Shown here: in pieces, positions 1-8,845 of the stretch | Layout: each line of letters starts with the position of its first letter | Numbering within the stretch: position 1 is the stretch's first letter | Virus record (IMG/VR): IMGVR_UViG_3300045988_041382 | Coordinates: 9,104 to 73,103 of that record | Length of the DNA: 64,000 nucleotides | Reading direction: 5' to 3' (one strand) | DNA from: a virus | The notes under the pieces: model-generated | What the model saw: the letters and a program-made list of their open reading frames with translations, nothing else | Databases searched by the model: none | What the model was told of the DNA's origin: nothing | Translations under genes and position numbers: made by a program

Positions 1-163
1 ACAGCCGATTTCCGTTTTTCTGTGTCACGAATTTGCTTCGGCTTTTTCCGCCGTCCTCGCCGATGCCATACGGCGGGTCTACGATGGCAAGGTCAAACGC
101 CTTATCCGGCAGCGTCCGCATATACTCCATGCAGTCCACGTTCAATGCGATCTGCGTGCTCAT
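1..163 (-). CDS. DNA methyltransferase, N-terminal fragment (DPPY motif); gene runs off the window start
   Basis: My reverse-complement translation gives MSTQIALNVDCMEYMRTLPDKAFDLAIVDPPYGIGEDGG... The ATG at 163..161 overlaps the upstream stop (ATGA). Confidence 0.75.
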   Translation of the reverse strand, partial: MSTQIALNVDCMEYMRTLPDKAFDLAIVDPPYGIGEDGGKSRSKFVTQKNGNRL

Positions 164-411
164 TCCATGTACTCCCTCCACTTTTTATCAAGCCCCTTCG
201 CCCGCAGTGTCCTGCCGTTCATGGTGTACTGGCGCATCCGAAGCATAAAACTTTCCTCGTGGCAGCGGTCGCAGTATCCGCGCATTGCTTTATCCCGCAT
301 CGGGTTCCTCTGCTGCTCGTGCGTCAGGTACACGATGTACTCCGCTTCCATCTCCTTGATGCACTTGGGGCACAGCTTGGCGGTGCGGACTGTCCAGATG
401 GCCTTATCCAT
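160..411 (-). CDS. Small Cys-rich (zinc-ribbon-like) phage protein
   Basis: 83-aa ORF with CPKC and CDRC pairs. It sits in a tightly packed co-directional operon. Confidence 0.6.
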   Translation of the reverse strand: MDKAIWTVRTAKLCPKCIKEMEAEYIVYLTHEQQRNPMRDKAMRGYCDRCHEESFMLRMRQYTMNGRTLRAKGLDKKWREYME

Positions 412-415
412 TTAG

Positions 416-766
416 TCAGTCCTCATCCATCATCCAGCGCATCATAACGGCAACGATCTTGATATTATCCTTGTAATTGTCCAGAGAATCGTTGAAGATG
501 ATATTTTTCTTCCCGATGTATTTTGTGTAGTCATACTCCAATTTTGCGCCCTTACTCTCCTGCCATCCGTGCTGAAAAAGCACCACGTCCGCGCTATCCA
601 GCATAGCAAAGCATATACGCATATAGTCCGCTGGCTTCATGCCCTCCGGCAGCTCCGCCGGATTTAGGACGGTGTGACCTTCTTCCTGCAGCATGGCCGC
701 CGTAGCTTTGAACTGTGCTTTATAATGCGGATTGCCTGTGATACGTCCTGCTATATAAATTTTCAT
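416..766 (-). CDS. DUF4406 / nucleoside 2-deoxyribosyltransferase-like protein
   Basis: The internal start MKIYIAGRITG... overlaps the upstream stop (ATGA). The N-terminal IAG(R/P)ITG-type motif and the size are typical of the family. Confidence 0.6.
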   Translation of the reverse strand: MKIYIAGRITGNPHYKAQFKATAAMLQEEGHTVLNPAELPEGMKPADYMRICFAMLDSADVVLFQHGWQESKGAKLEYDYTKYIGKKNIIFNDSLDNYKDNIKIVAVMMRWMMDED

Positions 767-1335
767 TTCTCCGTTTCCTCCTCCAGTTTGTCCAGCGCCT
801 TTCCGATGAGTTTCCAACGGTCAACGCCGATGTCCCGCGCCTCCAGCAGGCCAAGCCGCACCACGTCAGGGGCTACCTTGCCGCCGGTAGCGTCGGACAC
901 TCTCTGCGCCCAGCCCAATTTTGTTTTCTGCTGGTAGGCTTGCAGCCGTATAAAAACCTCCCGCTTGATCTCCGCCATCGCGCCCTTGGGCTTAAACGGC
1001 GTGGTGGGTTCGGTCGGCTGCGGTGCTGGGTCTGGCTGGGCTTCGCTTTCATCGCGCTGTTCGCTTTCCTCCTGTACCTGCACAAACGCGCCAATGGGAA
1101 GTATATCATCCTTGTTGAGTATTTTTATCGACGGTACGCCCTCCGGTACGACCGTATAGATGGTGTCCTCATTCTCCACACCCAGCGCAGGAAACTCCTC
1201 AATGGCGTAGGACGTGACATCCTCCGGCAGCACCAGCACGCCACGCACCAGCCCCTCTATGATATGGTTGGTTACGCCCTGCGCTATCTGCATACCGCCC
1301 TTCACGCGGACGATCAGCACCTTTCGTTCCGTCAT
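763..1335 (-). CDS. Hypothetical phage protein
   Basis: 190-aa ORF whose start and stop overlap its neighbours. Acidic/Pro-rich linker in the middle. Confidence 0.6.
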   Translation of the reverse strand: MTERKVLIVRVKGGMQIAQGVTNHIIEGLVRGVLVLPEDVTSYAIEEFPALGVENEDTIYTVVPEGVPSIKILNKDDILPIGAFVQVQEESEQRDESEAQPDPAPQPTEPTTPFKPKGAMAEIKREVFIRLQAYQQKTKLGWAQRVSDATGGKVAPDVVRLGLLEARDIGVDRWKLIGKALDKLEEETEK

Positions 1336-2003
1336 TTCTGTTTTTCCTTTCGCAGTTCATTTACAGCGTCTACCAGTTCGTTGATCTTATCCTGCATGAC
1401 TTGCGTGTCTGGCGCGTATCTCATAGTCCCGTTTTCGGACTTACGCACGCTCCCGCAGTGAAGAATCTCCTTGGGCTTCTGCACTACTGCTTTCTCATTC
1501 TCCCACCGCCCGATGCGCTTATAGCCCTTGAAGCCGTTTTCCGCCTCGTACTTGGTGATGCAGTCCTCCTCACCGTCCGTAAAATGTACGGTCGGCTCAT
1601 AGAACCCACGCTCCCGGCATTTCTCACACCGGCAGATGCTCTTGATGTACCCCACCCGACCATCCAAAGTCTCCACAAAGTCTCCCTCGTGCAGGCTCCC
1701 CGGCATCATCAACGGTTTCATGGAGCTCATCTTGTCGAGCTCATCCTTTTCCGCATATCCGCAGTTCTTGAGCATCCACCTGATAAGTGCAAAGTCGTAC
1801 TTGCCAATGCGAGTAAAATTCTGCGGCAGATCCTCTATATTGCCACTCCAGCCCGTCTGCGTCCCATCGTCCCACTTGAAAATGAAGCTGTGAAACCGCC
1901 CTGACCTCTCGTAAGAAAACACATATCCGGTAAGCGTTTTGGATAATGTGCCATCGGCGCGTTCCAACCTCGCATAATCTCCTGCATGAAAGGTGTATAT
2001 CAT
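1332..2003 (-). CDS. Hypothetical phage protein
   Basis: 223-aa ORF, translationally coupled on both sides. Confidence 0.6.
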   Translation of the reverse strand: MIYTFHAGDYARLERADGTLSKTLTGYVFSYERSGRFHSFIFKWDDGTQTGWSGNIEDLPQNFTRIGKYDFALIRWMLKNCGYAEKDELDKMSSMKPLMMPGSLHEGDFVETLDGRVGYIKSICRCEKCRERGFYEPTVHFTDGEEDCITKYEAENGFKGYKRIGRWENEKAVVQKPKEILHCGSVRKSENGTMRYAPDTQVMQDKINELVDAVNELRKEKQK

Positions 2004-2545
2004 TTCTGCTCGACCTCCTTCAGCGCTTTCTCCGCCTCCTCGCGGGTGAGGAAAACGGTCTTACCGATTTCTCCGGCGTTTATACCTGCCAGCGATTGCC
2101 AAACAAACCCTTCTACAATGTCCCACTCGATAAACAAGCCGAACAATTCCACGCGGATGGCTTTAACTTTATACACACTGATCGTTTTTCGACCCGTTAC
2201 TTCGTAAAGCCTATCGCCTACCTTGCAAGGCGGCACCACCACGCGCCCGTCCTTGTCGGCCTCTGCCAGCTCTCGCAGTCTGGTATAGCTGCAAAGGCTT
2301 TCTAAATCAGCAAGACGCATCAGTTTCAGCGCGATCTCGTCTGCCTTATCTTTCGGCAGAACCTCCTCCGGCGCACACCCGCTGTCCTCGTAGGCGGCGA
2401 CGCGATCCTTGAGGCGATTGCGGCAGTACAGCGCGGTGCAGTCAACCATCGGCTTACCATGCTTACCCGTCCAATCCGCTTTGCACTTCTTGCAGTCCAT
2501 CATTGCCTGTCCATCGGTGTCGCGCTTCGTCAGTCGTTCATTCAT
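2000..2545 (-). CDS. Hypothetical phage protein
   Basis: The ORF is 2000..2566. I prefer the start MNERLTKR at 2545 because it overlaps the upstream stop (ATGAATGA). Confidence 0.55.
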   Translation of the reverse strand: MNERLTKRDTDGQAMMDCKKCKADWTGKHGKPMVDCTALYCRNRLKDRVAAYEDSGCAPEEVLPKDKADEIALKLMRLADLESLCSYTRLRELAEADKDGRVVVPPCKVGDRLYEVTGRKTISVYKVKAIRVELFGLFIEWDIVEGFVWQSLAGINAGEIGKTVFLTREEAEKALKEVEQK

Positions 2546-3093
2546 TTCTGCTCCTCCACATAGCACCAGCTTTGCGGTGCTTTAGTAATCGCCGCTGGAA
2601 TCATGCAATTTTCATCATAGATACAGGCTGTGCTTTCGTACCCGCTTTTGCTGCATGATTTGCATTTTTTCCAAGTGTGAAATTCTATCAGTTCCTTCGG
2701 CGCGTCGTAGATTTTCAGGTCGGAGATATGCCAACCGTAAATATAGTGTTTTCCCTCTTCGGAATATTTGAAATAGATATCTTCGCGGCGAACACAGGAT
2801 TGCTGTTCGGCAATGTCTGCATTTGCCATCTCACATCGTTGTAGGATGTAGTCGCACACAAACTCGCCGATAACCTTGCCGTTGCATCTGCCGACCGTAT
2901 TGGTCCGGACGGTATCCCTGTCCAGATTTCCACCCTTTACGGAGATATACGGATGACCACTTGTGCAGTAGATATAGCACTTAAACGGTACCTCCAGTTT
3001 CGGCACGGACTTACGCAATTCCATAGTTTTTCTGCCAATGATGATTTTCGCGCACCACTTCGGGCGAATGCTTATCATAACGGCCTTGCTCAT
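2542..3093 (-). CDS. ASCH-domain-like protein
   Basis: The start MSKAVMISIRPKWCAKIIIGRKTMELRK resembles the ASCH N-terminal beta-strand motif. The ATG overlaps the upstream stop. Confidence 0.55.
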   Translation of the reverse strand: MSKAVMISIRPKWCAKIIIGRKTMELRKSVPKLEVPFKCYIYCTSGHPYISVKGGNLDRDTVRTNTVGRCNGKVIGEFVCDYILQRCEMANADIAEQQSCVRREDIYFKYSEEGKHYIYGWHISDLKIYDAPKELIEFHTWKKCKSCSKSGYESTACIYDENCMIPAAITKAPQSWCYVEEQK

Positions 3094-3452
3094 GCCTTTT
3101 CCTCCTTCCACGGCGTATCCACGCACTCCGGTTTCTTGCAGCGCATCTCGATTGCCCACAGAAGGTTCCACGCCGCCGCCAGAAGGTGATCCTCGTCTTC
3201 CTGCCCGTCCAGATACTTTGCCGCGTGTCGCATGGCGCTGTCCATCAGGCTGCTGGTGAGGATCCCTTTATCGACGTTATGCGTCCCATATTTGAGCGCC
3301 CCTGCCTCGCAGTGTTTGCTTACCTCTATAATCGCCGCCCACGGCAGAAGATCCATGCGGCCTTTCCCGCTGTGCATATCCCGCTGCGCCCCGCTGCTGA
3401 AGGTGGTACGCTCTCCGCTGTCCTTGATGCCGGCTTTTTCACATACGATCAT
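3090..3452 (-). CDS. dATP/dGTP pyrophosphohydrolase-like (DUF5664-type) protein
   Basis: HSGKGRMDLLPWAAIIEVSKH...KYG...HLLAAAWNLLWAIE matches my recollection of the family signature (GK.R.DLLP ... H..AA..NL). Confidence 0.75.
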   Translation of the reverse strand: MIVCEKAGIKDSGERTTFSSGAQRDMHSGKGRMDLLPWAAIIEVSKHCEAGALKYGTHNVDKGILTSSLMDSAMRHAAKYLDGQEDEDHLLAAAWNLLWAIEMRCKKPECVDTPWKEEKA

Positions 3453-4042
3453 GTTTCTATCTCTCCTTTCGGTCGTTCCAACGGTCTGTACGCCGTCTGC
3501 GTTCCCTCAATGTGCGGCATGAGCCAAACACACCACATCACATCCATCAATGGGCTGCCGCCGTGGCCGTCCTTGAAAAAGAAGTCCGGCCGCCATGTCA
3601 GGGGCAGAATGTAACTGGGCGGGAACTCATCAAACAAAGATAAGCGGCGTTTCGCGTGCCAGAACTGTGACTTCACCAGAAACGCAAAGGGCTTGCCCAG
3701 AGACGCCGCCTTGCGGATAAATTCCTCTGCCCGCGCAAAGGGCGGGTTTGTGATGATCCAGTCAAAGCCTAAATGTATATCCGGCGTATCAGGTGCTTCC
3801 AGAAAATCAAGCCCATAGAGTATGTCCGTCCCGAACGACTCACCGTACCCGCACGCCCTGATCGTATCCAGCATATCCCCCTCGCCCACCGCCGGTTCCC
3901 AGATCACCGTGTTCTCCGGCAGACGAAGGAAATCCAGCAGTGCCACCGTCACCTCCGGCGGCGTCGGGTAAAAATCCGACTCGCGTCGGCCAATCGCGCT
4001 GTTTCCGCCCGCTATGCGGCTCGCCTGTAAATTATCCATCAC
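3449..4042 (-). CDS. N6-adenine DNA methyltransferase (NPPF motif)
   Basis: Motif I-like VIWEPAVGEGDM and motif IV WIITNPPF are present. Confidence 0.8.
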   Translation of the reverse strand: MMDNLQASRIAGGNSAIGRRESDFYPTPPEVTVALLDFLRLPENTVIWEPAVGEGDMLDTIRACGYGESFGTDILYGLDFLEAPDTPDIHLGFDWIITNPPFARAEEFIRKAASLGKPFAFLVKSQFWHAKRRLSLFDEFPPSYILPLTWRPDFFFKDGHGGSPLMDVMWCVWLMPHIEGTQTAYRPLERPKGEIET

Positions 4043-4400
4043 GGCCTCCTATCATTCTCATCAGCATCAGCCTTTGCATATACGATTCATCAAGCCGGTA
4101 TGTAACCTTCGGCTTGAACTCCATAAATGTCGGCCGGGGTTCTGCCCCGCCTATATCGCGCACATCTGCAAGGCCATCAAGGAACTTGTGTGCGGTCTGC
4201 ATGAAGAACGCCGCCGCGATCTGCTGCTCCTCGGTAAAGCTCCCCGGCTTCGCGCCCAGGACGAACTTGCACCAGTTATAAACCTCGTCAGCACCGTACT
4301 GCTTCGCCCTCAGATTGAGGGCTTTCAGCGCCTTTTGAACTTCATTGAAAAGCGCACTCTTCTCCGCATAGCCAAACTCCGCCTTTTTGATCTCGCTCAT
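4032..4400 (-). CDS. Hypothetical phage protein
   Basis: The start MSEIKKAEFGY at 4400 overlaps the stop of the upstream gene. The longer 203-aa N-terminal extension is Gly/Arg-rich junk that overlaps the DUF5131 gene. Confidence 0.55.
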   Translation of the reverse strand: MSEIKKAEFGYAEKSALFNEVQKALKALNLRAKQYGADEVYNWCKFVLGAKPGSFTEEQQIAAAFFMQTAHKFLDGLADVRDIGGAEPRPTFMEFKPKVTYRLDESYMQRLMLMRMIGGRDG

Positions 4401-5149
4401 TCCTGCACCTTCCACGGAAAGGCAGAGGCGGGCAAATCGGGGTAATAGGTCCGCAGGTTGTCCTTGTAGAAAACTGGGATCTCGTTCTCGGCGCAGAAAT
4501 CGGTGATGTGATCCACCCACGCACGTTCCGGCACCACCTTGTCCGTGCGGTTTCCTGTTTCCGCGCCGACGATCACCCAGCAGGGCAGGCCCTCGGTACA
4601 TTCCCGCATATTGACCGGCCCCAGCAGCGGCTCCATGCTCCAAAAGGCGTTTATGCCGCTCTCCGTCATGGGGTGCATGGCCTTTGCGTCCTCGCTTGCC
4701 ACGGTACTGCCATACCAGAAATTTTTCTCATGCGGCAGCAGGGCGATGTGGTCTAATTCAAGATAGCGGGTCGGATTTTTTGTGAGAAACAAATAGCGGT
4801 GCCACGGTGCGCGCTTGCAGGCATCCAGCACCTCGATGATCCATGAGGTCGGCACCCAACGCCCGAACAGGTCAGCCATGGAGCAGACGAAAACCGTCTG
4901 CGGCTCTGCTATGCGCTCCGGCTGGTTCAGCCGGTAGCGGTGCAGGGTAGGCGCGAACCCAAACGGGTACGGCGTCGCCTTAATCTTTGTGTCGAGGACG
5001 TGCAGGCCGTCGGCGCGCGGCGCGCGATCTTCCAACCTCGCGTCGAAACGGTGCGCCGTTCTGCTTGCGTAACAGTAGGCACACCCGTGGCGGCAGCCGG
5101 TCACGGGGTTCCATGACATATCCGCCCAGTCAATTTTCGTCTTGTTCAT
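4397..5149 (-). CDS. Phage Gp37/Gp68 (DUF5131) family protein with a CX3CX2C motif
   Basis: The start MNKTKIDWADMSWNPVTGCRHGCAYCYA follows a GGAG RBS. The three-Cys motif C-RHG-C-AY-C is read directly from the translation. Confidence 0.8.
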   Translation of the reverse strand: MNKTKIDWADMSWNPVTGCRHGCAYCYASRTAHRFDARLEDRAPRADGLHVLDTKIKATPYPFGFAPTLHRYRLNQPERIAEPQTVFVCSMADLFGRWVPTSWIIEVLDACKRAPWHRYLFLTKNPTRYLELDHIALLPHEKNFWYGSTVASEDAKAMHPMTESGINAFWSMEPLLGPVNMRECTEGLPCWVIVGAETGNRTDKVVPERAWVDHITDFCAENEIPVFYKDNLRTYYPDLPASAFPWKVQE

Positions 5150-5169
5150 TGTTTGGTTCTCCTTTCGCT

Positions 5170-6243
5170 CTAATACCTCACTCCGATGTAGTCCAGCACC
5201 CGCGCATAGCCGAGGCCGTCTTTCGTGGGCTTCCACAGCCCGTCCGTGTCGAACGCACCACCGCCGATGCAGAACTGGTAGTGCTTCGGGTGTGTGCGCC
5301 TCATGCGCTCAAATCGGTTTTCGCCCTTTTCGAGATGTGCCCCAAAGCCGCAGAACATACAGCCCGTCCTCTGGCATCCTGTGCAGCGCAGCTTGCAGTC
5401 GATCAGCGTCGCGCCGTAGTCGTTCTCGCCGTCGCTGGCCACGATGTCGCCGTATACGCTGGCGTAAAAGAGATGGTTGTCTATGATGAACCGAAGCACG
5501 TCCTGCTCCGTCCAGAAACTCATGGGCTTAGATAAGGGACGCTTTCCTTCAAAGGCGTTGCAGCCAGTTTCGCGCCATTTTTGCATCCGCAAAAGACTTT
5601 CCTCCGCCATTGTTGCCGTCGTGGGCTTGACATCCGCTCGGTGCTCATAGCTCTTTGATGGGGACTTTTTCATAATTCCACAACACTTGTCTGATATGAG
5701 AAATGGAGCCGAAAGCAAATACCCCCACTTTTCACAGTTGTACATGCTCTTTTCCCCATCGGCGCGTAAGACTTCCCCACGCAATAGCTTCATACTGCGG
5801 CTCTCCGGTGATCGCCGCGCGGTTTCTATCCGGTGCGCCACATCTTTTCCTATGACGCTATACCCGTACTTCGTCACCACCTGTCGAATGTTCATCTTCG
5901 GGCGTAGACGGTGAAGGTTTACGGTCACGCGGGGAAACTCCCTCCGCAGCCAGTCGGCGTACTCATTCACGAACTTCTGAATTTCAGGGTATTCCAGACC
6001 CGTGTTAACAAACACCAGATTCAACTCCCACGGCGGCGTCCTGAAACTTGCCAGATACCGTGCCGCCAGATACGCCAGCACCGTGCTGTCCTTTCCGCCG
6101 CTGAAGCTGACGTAGCACTGTCCGCCCCATGCGGTGTACCACTCGTCCAGCTTTTCGTAGGTCAGTATCTCCTTGTCCTGCACGTCCAGCGCCATCAGTT
6201 TCTTCGCCGCCTCATTTGTCAGCGGCTGGTTCATCCGTCCCAT
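5170..6243 (-). CDS. PAPS-reductase/DndC-like PP-loop ATP pyrophosphatase family protein
   Basis: PP-loop motif VSFSGGKDS is present, plus a C-terminal Cys cluster CKLRCTGCQRTGCMFCGFG. 357 aa. Confidence 0.8.
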   Translation of the reverse strand: MGRMNQPLTNEAAKKLMALDVQDKEILTYEKLDEWYTAWGGQCYVSFSGGKDSTVLAYLAARYLASFRTPPWELNLVFVNTGLEYPEIQKFVNEYADWLRREFPRVTVNLHRLRPKMNIRQVVTKYGYSVIGKDVAHRIETARRSPESRSMKLLRGEVLRADGEKSMYNCEKWGYLLSAPFLISDKCCGIMKKSPSKSYEHRADVKPTTATMAEESLLRMQKWRETGCNAFEGKRPLSKPMSFWTEQDVLRFIIDNHLFYASVYGDIVASDGENDYGATLIDCKLRCTGCQRTGCMFCGFGAHLEKGENRFERMRRTHPKHYQFCIGGGAFDTDGLWKPTKDGLGYARVLDYIGVRY

Positions 6244-6264
6244 GTCTGCTTTCTCCCACTCCCA

Positions 6265-6573
6265 TCACAGGCAGAACTGAAGGTGGTCCTGCAAAGTCTT
6301 TTTCGCACGGTTCACGCTCCGGCTGACCGTGCTCTTATTTACGTCGTGCAGTGCTGCGATCTCCGTCACCGTCATGCCGCCATCGTACATCTCGCTCAGG
6401 TACATCCACTGATCGTCTGTCAATTTCAGCGCCGCTTTTGGGAAGTGCCGACGCAGCCGAAGCAGGGCGCCGAGGTTCGCGTCCCTGTCCAGCAGCATTT
6501 CATCCACCCTGCCGCCCAGCACTTCGTCCAGCAGGACGTCCGTCGCCACATCTCCCATCCTCCGCATAGTCAC
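6265..6573 (-). CDS. Sigma-70 region-4-like HTH protein
   Basis: The C-terminal MTVTEIAALHDVNKSTVSRSVNRAKKTL is a classic region-4-type helix-turn-helix. Confidence 0.6.
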   Translation of the reverse strand: MTMRRMGDVATDVLLDEVLGGRVDEMLLDRDANLGALLRLRRHFPKAALKLTDDQWMYLSEMYDGGMTVTEIAALHDVNKSTVSRSVNRAKKTLQDHLQFCL

Positions 6574-6575
6574 GG

Positions 6576-7001
6576 TTACACATCCTCCCTGCCGTGGTAG
6601 CTCCTAACGAACTCACATTCCGCCTCTGCTGCGTTCACGGGCAGAGTAACGATAAAAGACGCGATGGAGAAGTAGTATCCCCCATTGCCCCCATCAGCGT
6701 TGGACTCGATCATACAAATAGCATTGCGGTTGTGCATAATCGTCACTCGCGCCTTGCATCCATAGGTGTCATAATCTTCCCACGGTTCATATTCTATGTC
6801 CGATACCGCAGTAATCGCGGCGTCCAGTTTTACCTCCGAGAACTTCGATTCGACCCTTGCGCAGCAGTCCCAGTCCGTCATCTCAACCCGCAGTTTCAAC
6901 CCGGTATCCAGTTCGATATGCTCCGCGTCCCACGCCACGATCTTCCGGTACAACAGTAGTTCTTTCAACTCATCAAAGCTAATTTCTTTTCTCATTTTCA
7001 T
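6576..7001 (-). CDS. Hypothetical phage protein
   Basis: 141-aa ORF with normal composition, inside the operon. Confidence 0.55.
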   Translation of the reverse strand: MKMRKEISFDELKELLLYRKIVAWDAEHIELDTGLKLRVEMTDWDCCARVESKFSEVKLDAAITAVSDIEYEPWEDYDTYGCKARVTIMHNRNAICMIESNADGGNGGYYFSIASFIVTLPVNAAEAECEFVRSYHGREDV

Positions 7002-7007
7002 CCCTCC

Positions 7008-7565
7008 TTATACCTCGTCACCCCAGCAGTCCCAGCCGTCCACCTGTTGGCGGGCAAACAGTTCGATGCGGGGTATATCTCCCATCAGTTCCACGATCCG
7101 GTCTCTCACCTCATCCGGCTTTCTGCTGTGCTCCCGCACGTGGCTCAGCACCACACTGTGTACGCCCTTACTCACACGCTTCGGCTTGCCCCTTGTCGCC
7201 AGCAGACACAGCTCCGCGTTGGCCCGGGTCCAGAAACCCAGACCCCAAAACAGCCCATCCGACTTCCTGTTCTGCTTTACCCATGTAAACGCGCAGGTCT
7301 TGTAGGTAAAGCCCCACTTACGGATCAGCTCCAAGCCTTCCTCCAAACACGGCATAGTCACCCACAGAAACAGCACGCAGTCCTCCGCCGCTATGCCCTG
7401 CACCGGCAGCGCCTGTATGTCCTCTTTCCTCATGCAGGCATAGTGGCTTTGCGCTGACTTTTTCTCTGTGCCTTTGGGGCTGTACGTTTTGAACGTCCAC
7501 GGAGGATCCGCGTAGATCACGTCGTACTTCTTATCAGTCTCTAAAATGTCTACTACCATATCCAA
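7008..7565 (-). CDS. MT-A70 family N6-adenine DNA methyltransferase
   Basis: YDVIYADPPWTF (DPPW motif) and a conserved C-terminal ...HSRKPDE... are present. Confidence 0.85.
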   Translation of the reverse strand: MDMVVDILETDKKYDVIYADPPWTFKTYSPKGTEKKSAQSHYACMRKEDIQALPVQGIAAEDCVLFLWVTMPCLEEGLELIRKWGFTYKTCAFTWVKQNRKSDGLFWGLGFWTRANAELCLLATRGKPKRVSKGVHSVVLSHVREHSRKPDEVRDRIVELMGDIPRIELFARQQVDGWDCWGDEV

Positions 7566-7631
7566 AACACTCCCTCAATCTAACTTGACGGCCACTTGCT
7601 CCCGGCCCTTTGGCAACCGGTAGTCTAATCG

Positions 7632-7643
7632 CCGTGTCAAGGG
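7632..7643 (-). promoter_or_regulatory. Recurrent cccTTGACAcgg motif (minus-strand copy) upstream of the MT-A70 operon
   Basis: Plus-strand ccgtgtcaaggg, preceded on the minus strand by an A/T-rich gaaaaagttttc element. Confidence 0.45.
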
Positions 7644-8635
7644 AAGCATGAAAACTTTTTCACCCCCATATAACATCCGTGTCAACACCATGCCGCCGCC
7701 CTCGCACCACCGCCGCACTAAGGACGTACCTTCCCCTCACATATATGGCGCTTGCGCCCGCCGAAATTTTTATTTTTCGACCTCGGCCTTTTGGCCGTTT
7801 TGTTTTTTCGACCCGGTTTCAAAACCACCCCCCCTACCCCTAACTTGCCGGTAACTTGCTTGAGAAACGCGGATTGGTGTGCCGGAGTGGGGAACATGGA
7901 GGCGGGGGGGAGAGTTGCGTAGCAGGGAGAAAAGGCTTTGCCCTTCCGGTTTGTAAACCTCCCCCCCCCTGGTTGCCGTCCTGGAGGTGGTCAGGGGGTG
8001 GCGGTGGCGGTCATTTCCGCCGGATTTTGCAGGAAATACGCCCGCCGCCGGGGTGCTTTCCTTTACATATTGTTCTAATATGTAAACAAATGTTCCGATT
8101 TTTGCAAGTTCTCTTTCATTTCGCCCCCTTTCGGTCTCTGATTTGACGATTTCCGCCGGTTTTGGCTGTTTTGTCGGTGGTAGCTGCCGCCTGCCGGATG
8201 GTCAGCGCATGGAGCCGGGGCACCCGCCGCCGCTGCCGGTCGCCGTCGGTCAGCTGTTCAGCCCGGAACATAGGCCGCCGGGCGACTCTCCTTCCCTCCC
8301 CTCGCCGCCGCTTTTTTCTTCCGGTCAGTGCCTCCCGCTGGTGGTCTCCGTCCTTCTCCGGTATTCTCCTGCTTCGGGCGTCCCGCTGGGGTTTTTGGTG
8401 CTCGTTTCTATTCCGCTGGGGTGGTTATATACGGGGATATATTCTTTCTTTATTCAACCGCGCCCGGAATAAACGCGCGCGCACGCGTAAGGGCTGGCGG
8501 CGGTCTTTCCCGCTTCTTTGCCCTCTGCGGGGCTGCTGGCAGCGTTTTTCTTTGGCGGTCGGTGTCGGGGCATTCCTTCAACGCCCGGAAAGCGTGGCGG
8601 GGCGTTTCTGTCCGTTTTCTATATTTCCGGGGGCA

Positions 8636-8663
8636 TTGTCAAAAATCCGCACGGGCATAAAAT
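8636..8663 (+). promoter_or_regulatory. Sigma-70-like promoter inside the non-coding block
   Basis: TTGTCA (8636-8641), a 16-nt spacer, then TAAAAT (8658-8663). Confidence 0.4.
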
Positions 8664-8780
8664 TAGCACCGCTGGGGCGGTTTTTGTTCCGTCCTGGCGG
8701 TGCTGGTTTAGGCTTCTTTTGTTGTCTGTTCTGGGTCAGGTGGTGACGATCTCGGCGGGGCGTTAAAATGCGATTGTGAC

Positions 8781-8832
8781 AGTAAAAAGACAGCTCCAGC
8801 GGCACGAATACCGCCGAAGCTGCTTTTTTGTT
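8781..8832. terminator. Bidirectional rho-independent terminator
   Basis: A 12-bp stem CAGCTCCAGCGG/CCGCCGAAGCTG (two G-U pairs) is flanked by a T-run on the plus strand (cttttttg) and on the minus strand (tcttttta). Confidence 0.75.
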
Positions 8833-8845
8833 GCCGGATGGGAGG

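Larger units (their letters stand above)
7566..8780. other. About 1.2 kb non-coding, repeat-rich, strand-asymmetric block
   Basis: Every ORF here translates to low-complexity Pro/Gly/Arg/Ser/Phe strings. There are C7-C9 and G7 runs, several short direct repeats and palindromes. I count about 60 A in the 600 nt 8161-8760 on the plus strand. Confidence 0.7.
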
